Assembly (NCBI RefSeq): GCF_001186125.1
Contig: NW_014039968.1
Coordinates: 16,290 to 57,745, forward strand
Direction: 5' to 3'
Length of the DNA stretch: 41,456 nucleotides
Source of the DNA: Sphaeroforma arctica JP610
Lineage: Eukaryota
Position numbers and translations under genes: made by a program
Part shown: piece by piece, positions 13,601 through 26,814 of the stretch
Layout: each line of letters opens with the position of its first letter
Numbering within the stretch: the first letter of the stretch is position 1
Notes under the pieces: generated by a model
The model's input: only the letters and a program-made list of their open reading frames with translations
Database searches by the model: none
Told to the model about the DNA's origin: nothing

Positions 13601-14448
13601 ATATACACTACTGAATAATGGGTAACATATTGAGTTATCATAACAGTAAAAATGTTTGTAATATGAGCTGCTAGTAAAATTTTGAAGTTCACTAATAGCA
13701 CAATACGTGCAACATTGAAAGATTGCAGGCTATACCAAAACACAGAGCACACACCGAGTTTACTATTGCACTTTATCTTTCTTAGTGCATACTTTCATTG
13801 TTGAATACATAAAGAGCTAAATAGCAGTAATCTACGCTACCTCAAGTGCACAAGTTTAAAAATAAAGCCAGAGATTGACCCATTAGATCCATCTAGATCT
13901 CTCTGAAATCAGTATGTATGAGAACCAGCGCATGCATAACATCATTCTGAAAGCTTCACCTAATATTACAACTCATGATAGTTATATGCTGTGATAAGAA
14001 TGCGATTGCTCTACGGAAAGAGGCAATAATTAACAACAGAAAATAAATGTACTATAATCATGTTCAACATAAATAGCAACTATATCAAAATGGGGAGATA
14101 CAACAGCAGTGATGATAGTGTGTCAACTACACTGTGTTATACCGAAAACTGAACCAACCTGCTAGATTTATGCTTCTAGCTGTGCGATCTTCATACTGTA
14201 CACAAATCAATCCTGAAAATTGAAAGAACCCACAAGTAGATCCAAAAACTGAACAACGAGCTACCCTAATAAACACGCTATACGTTGCGAATCAAAAGAC
14301 ACTATGCTCGGCAATATTAGTTCAGCAGCGACGCATATCCCCCGCAGACGTAATACATACCCTTCACTACTTCGGCCGCAGCCTTGTACTTGGTTACATT
14401 GTCAGCATCCTTGATCTGATCCTGAACATTCTCCTTTGGGGGTGCCAT
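10602..14448 (-). CDS. PA2G4: Proliferation-associated protein 2G4 / Ebp1 (inactive M24 peptidase fold), 8 exons
   Basis: Exons approx. 14448-14361, 13489-13334, 12891-12786, 12399-12244, 11997-11861, 11598-11370, 11110-10897, 10700-10602. Motifs VTKYKAAAE, GVAFPVCI..CHYSP, LKDGDVVKIDMGAHVDGF, FAIDIIMSTGDGK, MPFSLR, ARMGIVEC, VAQFKYTV; Lys-rich C-terminus; TAA at 10604-10602. Confidence 0.95.
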
Positions 14449-15503
14449 GGTGACTATTTCTTCTACGATGTGCAGATGTATGAGACTGCCAGAGTTTGTG
14501 ATTAGCCTATTAGATAGTGATCTTTGCGTGTATTTGTTTGTCCAACATTCCAACATGTGGGCCTGCACTCTGGCGACTCTGCAGTCTGCAGTCTACAGCC
14601 AGTCAGCCAGCGCCCAAAACAAGTTATTTTCTTAAACTGAAAAAAAATAGATCATGGTCCATAATGATAGGTCTAAATATTATATAAGGAGACATTCAGC
14701 ACAGTTTTGTGCTTAAACTCGAATAAACGACCATTAATATTTCAAGTAAAATATGAAAACGAATTGAACGTACGATATGTTATTATACGCCAATACAAAA
14801 CTTTAAATTGTTTCCATTTATCTATTTATATATTGCAAGAATAGACGACACTTTCTCAATTTCCAACTTTTTAATTTGATTCATTCTATTTCAGGAGACA
14901 CTTTTTATATATATTTTATCATAGAAATAGACTCAGAAGGCTATGTATTTATCACCAAAAAAACAAAACGTGTTGGTCGTTTACGTCGTGGTCCAGGGTT
15001 GTAGCCACGTCCCCAATACGGGAGCATATTCGGGCGCCCCAAATTCCCTGAATCTTTCCTTACAACGAGGTGTCCGTTGAATTTCGACAGCAGGTCAAAT
15101 TTATCCTTGTCTATTGACCCGTATGAACCTTTTACAGTACAGTACATACATAAATCGAATAATAGGTGTTTACGTGCTATTCGTTCGTATGTAGCTTCTA
15201 CATTCAATCACATTGCCACGAAACATTCCAGTTAATTACACCGCCCTTTCACGTTATTGCACAATTGTGATGGCCATGCTGACAAAGAGGGGTGTTAAAG
15301 GACCTTGACACAGAATTTGGCAACGGATGATTCTGGGGAAGTTATCAGGCAGATTCTTCTTTCGGTGAAGTGGCCAAAAAAAATAGTTTGAGTAGGTGGA
15401 AAACAGCAGTGGTTGCGGTGTGAGATTAAACCATACGTACGATCGCACTTTACCCCTGTTCACACTTGCATGCGATATATGAAACCTACTTACATACTTG
15501 TAC

Positions 15504-15512
<9 letters not shown>

Positions 15513-15537
<25 letters not shown>

Positions 15538-15809
15538 GAGGTATATAGGTATATAGACACCCGCTGACATATCGTTGTACTCATTTGATACACCCAGAAT
15601 TCGCCCCTGGTGTTGGCTGTAACACACAGGCGTGCACTTGTGGTAGACGAGGCAGACAAAGCACCCATTCACGTCACAGGCATTCTCACAGATACAGTAG
15701 TTGTCTGTTTAATGTCTTACCTGTCATTCCGCATATATACATATATATATGTGTGTGTATGTGTGTGTGCCACACCGGTGTGTCATATATATATATATAT
15801 ATATATATA

Positions 15810-15853
<44 letters not shown>

Positions 15854-15888
15854 TGTATGTGTTGTTAGTAATAGTAATAACTAATACA

Positions 15889-15930
<42 letters not shown>
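15513..15930. repeat. (TA)n/(TC)n/(TG)n microsatellite cluster
   Basis: Directly visible; encloses the VWA8-like exon. Confidence 0.9.
15598..15690 (+). pseudogene. VWA8: Orphan exon fragment of a VWA8-like AAA+ ATPase (Walker B region)
   Basis: NSPLVLAVTHRRALVVDEADKAPIHVTGILT closely resembles VWA8 as I recall it (DSPLVKAVKLGHILVVDEADKAPTNVTCILK). Preceded by CTGAC...CCCAG (branch point and acceptor). No other VWA8 exons seen. Confidence 0.65.
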
Positions 15931-15932
<2 letters not shown>

Positions 15933-16835
15933 GTTATTGTTATTGTTTCAATCGGATGTTGTAGATGATAGGATTTTTTTAATCATTGCAGTGATAATTA
16001 CGAACGGAAACACAATTCTATGTAGAAAAACTAAATCCCGTATCTTTCAGTATACATATATCGGGTGTTTAAGTGTAATATAAGTAGTAGGATAAGTATG
16101 AGGTGTGTGTGAAACGAAAGCATAACGTGTGTACTGATGAGAATATCTGCCTCACGGTCTATGAGACGCGACTTTATATGTGCTCATTCGTATTCTTCTT
16201 CAAAATTACGATGTTCTCGTCTCGTAAGTATCAATACTTGTGTGATTAGGAAGCTATCGTATCTTAGGAAGCTATCGTATCAAATCGTTCAGATGTTCAC
16301 AAATTTAGGTATTCACTGTTGTACATATAAGATATTGCGACAATATTTTTAAAAAAGACGAAGAACACGCGTGTGATTGTATGGATTTATATGTATATAT
16401 TGTTTTCCTTTCGATTGTCAACATCTGTACGGTATATATGTGCTACATGTGCGGTGTGCCTCCATTTTATTTATTTGATTGTGATATTTGTCACACCCGT
16501 GACCCGAGTGACCCGGCACTCCGACAGTCTGACACCCGCGACAGGCGTGACCGTCATGCCCTTTCCCCTTCCATCTTATCCCTCTCTCTATTTATTTATT
16601 TATATTTTAAAGGATCTGATTAGCTCAATAGTTTCGAATCTGATAAGGATTAATCAGAACGCTGATATTTTAAATATGAAATTATCCTAATATAGAGATC
16701 TTGGAACCTGAAGTTGAGAGAGATAAATATATATGAGCACTTTTTCGGACATATATAATTGGCCAAACGGTGCGATGTACCGGGTAATAGACAACTTGTG
16801 TTGAGAAGTGTTTGACTGTTTACTTTTAATACAAT

Positions 16836-19800
16836 ATGTTATTTGTCTCCTACGCCCTTGCTATTGCAGTGCTTGTATCAGCATCGGCTGCCGATCACGT
16901 GGAAATTCCATTGACCCGTGTATCTAAGCCGTTTTCAGATCGGTATGTTATACCCAAGAGTACGTTTCCACAAGTTTCTACATACATGAAGTCACATATG
17001 TGCATATATACATACATTTTCACATTTAAAGGATATATATATATATATATATATATATGAATTGTATATTTAACCCGTAATTCGATTATGTGGAGGTAGC
17101 CTTAGTCGGTTGAATCACACTGTATGTGGCAGAGTTTACAGCGGTGAACACTGTCCTTGTTGGTCGCCAGTCCCTCACCTACACACCATTAGGCAGTGTA
17201 GATAAATTTGTTTGTTTGAAAGTGGTCAATTAAATATTTTCAAAAAGCTTTTTAATTTTAAGTGTTTTTTTATGTGGGTGCTACCGACAAACGTCCACTA
17301 TCAGCATGAGAATCCTTCGAGTGTCAAGCCATCACTGCTATTTTAATTGAGCATTTGCATAACATAGTTTGTCTTGACTCTCTTCACTATATCACAGGCA
17401 AATAAGCGACCTGCTCAGCGGAGACTTGTATTACCCCGCAGAAAAGGCAAATGCCAAGTTCGATCTCAGCGGAGGGGTGTTGACAGCCGGCAAATATCTA
17501 CCGCCCATTGAGCATCTCAAAGGTACGTTACAAAAATATTCGAACGACGTTACGCCAGTCATGTGCGTGGTATCATAAAGATTATTATTCTAGTCTGCCT
17601 TGAATTCCAGGTTTTTACGTACATATTTAAAACACCTTCTAATTCATCATATACGAGATTCAATTGAAATACACGCATGCGTATTATTACAATTCCTTGT
17701 ATAAATTTTTGAACTGAAAATCATATTTATTCGTTCAGATATCTCGAATGTCGAATATCAGGGACAGATTAGCATCGGCAGTGGGGGAGCTAGATTTCAG
17801 GTCGTTTTTGATACCGGATCTGCTAATCTTTGGATTCCATCTACCAGTTGCACTTCAATTGGGTGCTTCGGAAAGAGCAAGTACAATCATGTAGGTTGGA
17901 TTGGTACAAGTGATGTTTAGAATTGATTTGATTCACATTCCCGAATGAAACTGCATACTATGCTAGGTTCTCACATGATGCTTAGCTGCCAATTTGAAGT
18001 TGTCATACACGACATAACAATGCAAACCATCCTTCGCACAGACCGCCAGTGACACCTACATCAAGAATGGAAAGTACATTCGTATTGCCTACGGAACTGG
18101 GGCCATGGCCGGATTTCTGTCTAAGGACCAAGTCTCCTTTGGTTCCCTGACAATTCCCAATGTTACATTTGCGGAAGCTAACTATATGGCGGATTTCTTC
18201 GCGAAGACACCTATTGACGGCATCCTTGGTCTAGCTTTCAAGAATGTAAGATTCTTAAGTGTTACGTGGTGCTGCAATTCTTCAATCCTTTCACGTAGTG
18301 TGCTGTTACTTGTGAGTGTTTTCACGCTGGTAGGACATATTAGTAGGCAGCAGAAAGACAAAGAGATCAGGATTTTAATTTGTAGTTGGGCAAGATTTAA
18401 CTGGCATTGATGATATATTCAGTCTGTATGAGTTTATGGAAAGTATAATAGCGCATTCGTCACTGTTACCTCATGTACCGCTATGCTGAACATGATAGTA
18501 GAGCTGTTGGAGAGTCTCTTTTTGACACATGAATTCTGCTCGACTGCGAAGAGTGTACAGTGCAACAGACATTCGCAGGATTGGCTGAACTAACTTTGAA
18601 TCTCTTATTTCTATTTTTGCTCAGATCTCCGCCGACGATGTGGAACCCATCTTTAAAACGATGGTCAAGGAAAAGATAGTGAAATCACCAGTGTTTGCCT
18701 TCTATATGTCTAACAAACCCGGAGATGGCAAAAGCGAGGTCAGTTTGCCAGTGTGTTCCCAATATCGCGTTGAGCAAAATGCAAATTGTATGTGCGCGTT
18801 ACTTCTGTGTGGCGGTCAGTCAAGATAGTGTATCGGATTTGTGGTCGTGTAGATTTTGTGACCGTTGGACCGTACTGATTGAAATGCAAGGGCTACACCC
18901 ATGCAACGCTATACAAGAAGATATTTGCGAGATTATTTCTCCTTTTGCAACCGCAACGTTTGAAATGAAGAGATTGGATGTCTTAGCTCGAGTCGATTAA
19001 CTTCAACTATTCGCTCGAAGTGAAGTGAGACAATACTCATATTCATTGTTAGGACAGAAGTAAATAGAGGTATATAGTGCTATTGGCTGTGAACGCCTAA
19101 GTCGCTACTTATAAAGTGCTACCCTATCAGTTCAATTTCAAACCCACTCACATACGTACGAGAGGATCTATCTTAGCAGAGTAGGCTTGTATCACCCGTG
19201 TATTAATCTCGTACTTCACTACCACCTTGCATGCTCACCCGATATGCGAATATGTTGTACTCGGCTTCGATATTGACTGGTTGTTGTGGGAAGCTAGCTT
19301 ACCAAATTCTACAATATCTATCGTTTATTCTCTGTAGATGACTTTGGGTGGCACTGACGAGCGTAAATATATTGGTAACATCACCTGGCATCCGCTTAGC
19401 AGTGTGGACTACTGGAGCATCAAAATGACGCAACTCAAGGTATGGACTGGATCAGGCACTTAGCTCTAGATTATAAGTGATAGTAAGGACTTTTTATGTA
19501 TGTCGATCTCGCAGTGCTCCGATTCCAATATCTACCTGCCGTGCTACAACATTTCGTGTTGAAATATTCTGTTCCCATATGTGCTAATAGTTGCATACTC
19601 TTACCAGGTCAACAAAACAGTCATCTCGGCAGCCCCAGTCCACGCTATTGTCGATACCGGTACCAGTCTGGTACGTTAGCTGCACAGATTGGGTCGCTTA
19701 CTTGGCATATGCGTGGCCATCTGGAGATAACGCATCGCAAGTACACTTACATATATTGTAACGCAGTATATTCAGGGATTGAGTTAGAATGTCCGTTCAT

Positions 19801-20453
19801 TGCTAGTTGTAGTTTGTGGGGTTTTATGGACCGAACCATATGTCAAAGGCTGCTTTGTTGAGCTGTTAGATACATGATTGGTTCCGTATACGTCTCTCGA
19901 AGAATACGTTTTTGACCTTTTAGGACGATTTGTATACAGATTGCGGGGCCATACTTCGCTGTATCTATGTTGCTCGCTAGACTCGCAGTCAAACGGGACT
20001 GCAGCAATTTCGAAACCCTTCCTGAGCTATCGTTCGAAGTGGAGAATTCAACCTACACCCTGAACGGAGGTGATTATGTAATTAAGCAAAAGAATCCTCT
20101 CACACAAACGGATGAGTGTTTCCCTGGTATTCAGGTGAGGGTGTTTATACGTGAAATTTTTAGAACGCTCCCGAATATCTCAGACATACCCCATACTAGC
20201 ACAACATAATCAAATCTTAGTGCGTAGTGTGTCGATCCATCTATCGCTTTCAAGTGCATACGATCATATATTGGCGACCATTCATATATTTGAACCGTAA
20301 AATCCAACTATTGCACACTTTTATACAATACAGCCAATCGGTATGGACCTTTGGATCTTGGGAGATGTCTTCCTGAGAAAGTATTACAACGCCTACGACT
20401 CCTCGGCACCTCCTAAAGTTGGCTTCGCACTTGCGGATCACTCGGATGATTGA
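16836..20453 (+). CDS. Secreted/lysosomal pepsin-family (A1) aspartic protease, cathepsin D/E-like, about 9 exons
   Basis: Signal peptide MLFVSYALAIAVLVSASA. Exons approx. 16836-16942, 17398-17522, 17739-17890, 18042-18245, 18625-18738, 19338-19439, 19608-19670, 19941-20134, 20334-20453. Catalytic FDTGSANLW (~17810) and AIVDTGTSL (~19653); flap YGTG; DGILGLAF; WILGDVFLRKYY; VGFALA. Confidence 0.94.
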
Positions 20454-20566
20454 AAGGTTAGGCTCTTGTGAGTCACTCGGATGGTTGAAAGGTTAGGCTC
20501 TTGTGAGTCACTCGGATGGTTGAAAGGTTAGGCTCTTGTGAGTCACTCGGATGGTTGAAAGGTTAG
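20438..20566 (+). repeat. 35-bp tandem repeat, 3.7 copies, containing the protease stop codon
   Basis: TCACTCGGATG(A/G)TTGAAAGGTTAGGCTCTTGTGAG head-to-tail, no spacers. Confidence 0.95.
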
Positions 20567-21571
20567 CATGCCCATACAATGTGTATGTCGCGAGCCTACA
20601 CAAAATTTAATAGTAGCCTCTTCCAAATTAAAAGATTATCCCTCAGAACCCACCAAAAAATAATATATTTATGCAAACGCAATCGTGTTATTTAGTTTAA
20701 AGACAACGCTATCATTAACATTTGTGCTTTTTACAAGTTTGTTACTTGCTGCGATTTATACACTCCTCACGTACCATCTGCACGACAATACGCTATAAGG
20801 GTTGAGATAAACGGCACCCGTATATATAGTGTGCGCAATGTATATGTGTACCACGTCGGCAATAAGCATTGCCCCAAATGGATTTTTCCGACATAAATAA
20901 TTGTGGTGGCACCGCACATGTTACAAGCGTGACGCCACGCAGATCAGCCGAACGACCAATTTATCTAATAGCATTAAACATGATTGGGAGTTATATGATC
21001 CCGGCAGTAAATTGACGTCTATTTATAAGCTACAAGATAGAAGCAAGATTCGTTGCATTTACCTTTCGTTCTACCCCAACCTGTTTGTGTGCCGCCTTGT
21101 CATTTCCACGGGTGAAATTGGTCACCATATTGTCAACACGCAAGATTTATGAAGCCCTCGTCAATGGACGTAAGTTTCAGCCCAGCAATACACAATTATA
21201 GTAGATAGATAGGAAAGCAGGAATCTGTCCGCCCTCTATTTCATCCACGTCTGGTCTCCAGGGCATATCAACCAGATATACCATCACTATAAGCAAAGGT
21301 CACTGGCTAGCCTGTCGCCGTTCCGGCTATCGCGTGGAGTCAGCGCATGCTTGGTAAAAATGACCGACCACGAACCGTCAGCGGTGCAACTCATTTGTTA
21401 TGGGAAAAGACGCGCAAAGTGTATAGCGGTGTAGATCATGCATATTTTGACTGTATTATGATTCAAATTGACGTCAAATAACACTCCTTGATAAAATACA
21501 GTGGGTTTATTATAGCAGAGTAATCATGAACAGCACTTGTTTACAAATTTCCGCTTTCAAAAGGTAAGTAT

Positions 21572-22432
21572 TCAACTGTCCGTACCAAGTAGCATACTCG
21601 ATAGGTTGTTACATGATTTCGACTTTTTTCCTCTAAAAGTGTTACTCGGTGAGTTGCTTAGTCGGGGTCCTACAAACGAGTTCACATTGAAATCGTTATC
21701 CAAAATTGCATTCAAGTCCATTTTCAGGCCTTTCTCAGACAATAAGGCCTGAGAACTGGAGCGCAAGCGGTTGACGAGTTTACCAGGTGCCGCGACAATT
21801 AGCACCTCCAAAGTTTTACTACAGTTTTGTGAATCACCTATAATCTTCAACAAATCCCGGGCTGTAGTGCCAACCGTATGTCTGTTACCAATACTAATGA
21901 TTCGCTGGCCAGGTCTTAACCCAGCCAAAGCCGCCATACTCCCAGGCTCGACACGAGCAATTGTGCCGTCTTCGATAAAAGAGAGACCTATCAGCCTTTT
22001 CTTTTTGGGCCGAGACGTACTGCTTGTTTCCCCATCACTGTCATCCGCATACAAGGCAAGGGTATGTTCTGTGAAGCTTGTTTTTTCAATGAGTTCAAGT
22101 GACAGTGTTCGACTAGAATTTAGCGCAGCATACACCTCGGTGACATCCCCTCGAAATTCCTTTGCTAGAATTCCATTGATACTTGTGATCTCATCACCGA
22201 AACCAAGGCCAGCTTTATAAGCGGTTGAATACGTTGATGAATAATATTTATCGACCCATGCTACGAACAAACGGTCTTGATGAAGCACGAACCCCGCCCC
22301 GAACTTTTTGAAATTGTGGGCCACACTGACCTCACGTTTGGACGGATACTTCTCCGCTTCACAGCTCTCTGTACCTGGCACTGACAGAGACAGGAGACTG
22401 TTCTTCCCTGCATAAACTGAAATCGGAGACAT
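21572..22432 (-). CDS. Intronless tandem-PDZ protein, syntenin-like (286 aa)
   Basis: PDZ1 KFGAGF..LFVAWV..AYKAGLGFGDEITSING; PDZ2 LIGLSFIEDGTIARVEPGSMAALAGLRPGQRIISIG. Spacing and the GL.FGD motif resemble syntenin. Confidence 0.8.
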   Translation of the reverse strand: MSPISVYAGKNSLLSLSVPGTESCEAEKYPSKREVSVAHNFKKFGAGFVLHQDRLFVAWVDKYYSSTYSTAYKAGLGFGDEITSINGILAKEFRGDVTEVYAALNSSRTLSLELIEKTSFTEHTLALYADDSDGETSSTSRPKKKRLIGLSFIEDGTIARVEPGSMAALAGLRPGQRIISIGNRHTVGTTARDLLKIIGDSQNCSKTLEVLIVAAPGKLVNRLRSSSQALLSEKGLKMDLNAILDNDFNVNSFVGPRLSNSPSNTFRGKKSKSCNNLSSMLLGTDS

Positions 22433-23319
22433 CTTCCTTTCAATTTCCGTTCGGTTCGAGCACTATGTTGACTTTAACTAATACTGTACCAGATATTTTT
22501 ATGTGATCACCCACCAGCTATTGTATGTGATCACCTTGTATGTGATCACCTGTACACTATTTGTCAGTTAATTTATAATAATAAAAACTCATATGAAGTA
22601 CAGTTCTATGTAAATATATGAGCGGTTGTCGACTCTGTGTTTGTATTTATATTATACAAAACCTCTCAGCGACTCACACTCACATCAACACCATGCAAGA
22701 GGTTTAGAAAATTTGCACTAAAAATGAGTATCTGTTAGACTGTTTGTATAACTCTATATAAATAAATAAATGTGCATCATACAATAAAATATAATATTGT
22801 TTGTGACAAGCAAACACCGAATCTCTCTGTAGAGACTCTCAAGTTTCTCACAACACGTCTCTGAAGGCATGATTATAACTGGTGACTGATGAGCACCGCT
22901 CCACTACACCAGCCATATTACTGCCTCTTGCCCGGAGGCGTCCGCGGCGAGGCCTGATGTCTAATGAGTGATAACAAGTGATATTAAATAAAGGGCTTGA
23001 TGTTGACGGTTGAGCTATACATAATCAAAAACTCACACCTCCAAAGTACAAAATACTCTTTGTGGGTATAATCATATCAACAGGTAGACGTTTTTCATAG
23101 GGCAGCAATTGCACCGAGCAACGGGAAACTCCACTATTCTTCCCCTATACTTCCTACTACAGCAGCCAGGCTGAGCAAGCCTGCACACTCCACCGGTCCA
23201 CCCTATAAAATTTATCGCTCATTTATCATTGGACAATCTTAGCTCTCTGTAATTACCGTGCACCTTTTTTTTAAATAATCATTAGTTCTGTACTGTATAG
23301 TACTTTTTTTCTCTCTATA

Positions 23320-23610
23320 CATAGTGTAGACTGTAGACTGTACAGTGTAGTGTGTAGGCTGTAGAGTGTAGACTGTAGAGTCTGTACTCTGTCGACTGTT
23401 CACTGTTCACTGTTCACTGTTGTCTGTAGACAGTAGTCTGTAGACTATAGACTTTATATAGAGTGATCAAAGATTTTTTTTCGTTTATGTGTTCCTTTTG
23501 TTTCAGTAGTATTTAGTTACTTTTTTAAAAACAAAATTGTTTTTAAATATCATGATGATGACTGATGACTGAGTCACTGACAGGGCTGACACTCATGACA
23601 GCCTGACAGC
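23320..23610. repeat. Low-complexity CTGTAGA/CACTGTT/GACTGA-type short-motif region
   Basis: Degenerate 5-7 nt motif arrays visible. Confidence 0.6.
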
Positions 23611-24231
23611 CATTTTATTGATATAAATTATTATTTTTTCAAGTTTTTTTGTAAATATATAGATACTAAATCTAGTAGAGCACATTAATGACTACATGTG
23701 CCAACGATCAAATTGTTCTTTTTTTAGTTTTTAACAAATGACAGTCTGAGTGTCTGTCACTCTGACAGACTGAACTTCTGAAGCTTGGACACGCACAAAT
23801 TATCCCGGACTCCCTGTACCGATATATTTGTGAAGACTGAAGATTGAAGACATGTGATGAACTAAAGACTGATGACTGATAACAGATTATTACAGATGAG
23901 GTTGTGTGCGTGACAAATCACAAAATAAGGGCTTTGGGAGCAGGAATTTGCTCCGGAGTAGAAGGGTTCAGAAATGAACCTTAATAATATACTATTTACG
24001 ATAGTTACCGACGGACAATAGGTGAAGGGTTGTAGTAAATTATAGATAAAGAACACAAAAGACTCCAAGAGGTGTAAGCTCAGACTCTCAATGTTCTGAT
24101 AGGTTCAGGTTTATGTAAACCGGGACTGGATGTAGGATAGGCTTACAAATGTGCTGGGTGGCAAGCATAAACTTGCACCTGTAAGGCTGTAAGTTGTGCC
24201 TAATCTGGACGTTTAGTGTTTCAGAAGGAGA

Positions 24232-24549
24232 TGTTGTCACCCAATTAGGGATGATAGTTTATATGATAGATATCTTTGTACGTAGCCAGTGTAATAAAGG
24301 TTAGCAAGTATGATAGCAGAAGAAGCCTTGGGGCTGTGGCCCATGGAAGGGGCTCAGCAGAATGCTCATAACGAAGAGTATAAATACTGAGGATTTGGCT
24401 GCAGAAAGGAACAGTGCTAGCGGGTATATAACTTGTTATCTAAACTATATATATAAAAGGTTTTTGCTGTGAGTAATATAAATTGCGTCACTGATTTCCT
24501 CTTAACTACGGCTCAACTTACTTTCTTGTGTACACAGAACAAGATAACA
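24232..24549 (+). mobile_element. Putative 3' LTR (318 bp) of a truncated LTR retrotransposon, with polypurine tract
   Basis: AGAAGGAGA immediately before TGTTGTC...GATAACA (6/7 inverted termini). Internal TATAAATA. No partner LTR in the window. Confidence 0.45.
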
Positions 24550-24745
24550 TTACCCTACGAACATTAGTATGTTGAAAGTAGTTAATAATATGGAGAAGAT
24601 AAGGGCAAAACTCTCAGCAACAAGAAGAACGAAAGTAATAACGTTTGGAACAATACTCAGTCGGCAGTTACGGGTGTAGAAATACGGCCTCCGGTCAGTC
24701 TAAAATATCAAGATCAAATGAGATAACGCATTAGTTTTATATGTA

Positions 24746-24765
24746 NNNNNNNNNNNNNNNNNNNN
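24746..24765. other. Scaffold gap (N run)
   Basis: 20 N. Confidence 1.
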
Positions 24766-25261
24766 ATTTAGAAACGATAGTAGATGTAGGATATTATAAA
24801 CTAAATTACATAATCTCTTAAGTACTGCCTACAGGTTTTGGTCTTCCCGTCAATTTCCAAAATCCAATAAGTCTTTTTCTTTTTAAATTTTTCTTCAGAT
24901 AGAACTTTATTTGTATTAGCGAATGTATTAACTTGATTTACATTCTTATGTTGTCTATCTACAAATTAGACATGTGGTCATCAACACTTAGTACTTTTAG
25001 TGAAAATTATTCAATAAAGAACAGCTAGATGTACGTCCTGTGTGGTCGAGGATATTGGTTCTTACCACGATGCTGTTCCCATCATTTTTACACAAGCTAC
25101 CACTGCTAAATCCTAACTGACTTAAATTGTATTTTAGTTTATATAACATAGTTTAAAACGTAGAAATATCCATCGAAGCTTACACGGGTTTTAGCAGCAT
25201 GACATTTACCCCCCAATGAGTGTTGTGGTAGGGCAAGGGACGTTATAATGCATGAATACCG

Positions 25262-25401
25262 TCCCCTAATACTTAGCTCATTACCAAGGGCTAAAGCTAA
25301 ACTTAAAAAATTACATTGTGCAAATTTACTTTGAAATCTTACTTTTCTTTTACGTTAACTTATTGAAACCGATAGTCAGCCTGGTTAGTCTGACTTTTAC
25401 A
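25262..25401 (+). repeat. 140-bp inverted copy of 32064-32201, probably the 3' part of an element-1-family LTR
   Basis: Reverse-complement match with 4 substitutions and one 2-nt indel; ends ...GACTTTTACA. Confidence 0.85.
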
Positions 25402-26770
25402 CGCTTGTTAGAACTGCTTGAGAGTAGCTACAGAAGGCAAAGCTTTTCCAGGACGTGCAATCCCTCCCACCTGATACACAGCTCTAAAAGTCTCTCTCAG
25501 AGGTGGAGGGGTGTTATCTAACACTATCATCTTAACACGAGTTTTCATTGCTTCTACGGCTTGCACAATAACTTCATGCCATGATTCTGTCGGCGCTCTT
25601 CCGTTAACATTACAAACATGCCCGCCCTGATGAATGCCGAAGGACCACAACGAATCATTAATCCGTACAACAGTTTTTTTTATGGGCCTCGCTCATGTTT
25701 TAGAACCTAGTCAACATATCCTGGTAACTTTGATATTCCACATCCATGCCATAGGTCAATCAAATAACTGCCACACACAACCTGGACTGAGTGTCTCCGA
25801 TACGTTGCACTGGTTTATCCACTACTTTGGTGTTCTCCAGCTCAGAATACTCTTGTAAGCGTTTGACAATGGTTGCCACCTGGTATACCGTCATCAGTGG
25901 TATGGGATCTACTCGAGCCGTGCGATCTGACCAATTATTGGTCGCCATTTGACTCTCCAATGACTCCCATAAACCATTCTTTTGCTAGTAATGCTTCAAA
26001 ACTGGAGTTGCTGAATTCTTCAAAATATATCCTTTATTGTAATAGCCGGGCCTCCACATTAGACTCTATGTTATAAACGTACTCTTAATCAGTACGTAAA
26101 TTATAAACGTACTCTTAATAGTACGAGGAACTTAAGTTTCCTAAATGGTTTTTAACGGTTTTATTATTTAATACCTTTTCCATTTTACATATCAGATATT
26201 TGGACAAGGCCATTAAAAGGCCTCAGTAAAATAACAAACCTAAGATTTGGTCTAGTTCTATTAATAGAACTATATTTACTTTCCAAATCTATTTATATCT
26301 GAATACTTCGGTAGCGAAATGGCTCAACAGAACATAGGTTTCAAAGGACTATTAGCGTTGCTTAGCTTATCCTCCGTTCAGCCAACCAGATGTGCCAGTC
26401 CGATGAAGGCTAAGTCGGTAATTCTTGATAAGTGGCAAGTTATTAGTTAATGCATTAACTATGGACATCAAGAGTTTTTTTTTTGTTTTTCTTTTCTTTT
26501 TTCTAAAGACAGGATTTTACGAGTCTCTCGGATTCGCCCCAACGAAACATACCATAGTTTCTAATAGAGCGACAACGAAACATTAAAAAAAAAATCCCTT
26601 CGGCGAAAACAGTACTGAGAGGATTATATATAGGCAATGTCTCAGCCTCATAATCCCTCAGAGTATTGCTGTTTTCACGAGGTATACCCAACTTTACTAC
26701 AAGACTGATTTCGTTTATTTCTTTCAAACTTAACTATACTTGGACTTAACCTAAGCGTTTAATTACTCTA
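25402..26770 (-). mobile_element. Decayed 5' region (leader plus gag-like fragments) related to element 2
   Basis: Patchy inverted similarity to 32350-32900, e.g. GACTGGCACATCTGGTTGGCTG vs GACGGGCACATCTAGTTGGCTG at 32468. Broken ORFs 25960-25760 and 25650-25408. Confidence 0.5.
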
Positions 26771-26814
26771 AGGCGTTAATATCGCCTTGATAGACCGAAA
26801 CTTATAGCAACGAG

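Noticed and set aside
14109..14152. GTGATGA...CTGA snoRNA-like pair in a PA2G4 intron
   Set aside because: Antisense to the host gene and only ~44 nt.
14941..15514. Minus-strand ORFs upstream of PA2G4
   Set aside because: No recognisable domain or consistent splice structure.
20438..20566. 35-bp repeat as a CRISPR array
   Set aside because: Units are head-to-tail with no spacers, overlap a eukaryotic stop codon, and no cas genes are present.
21771..22220. 149-aa plus-strand ORF
   Set aside because: Antisense shadow of the PDZ gene.
22884..22961. C/D-box snoRNA or hammerhead (CTGATGAG...CTGA)
   Set aside because: Non-canonical C box, no recognised rRNA guide, and no nearby GAAA or stems for a hammerhead.
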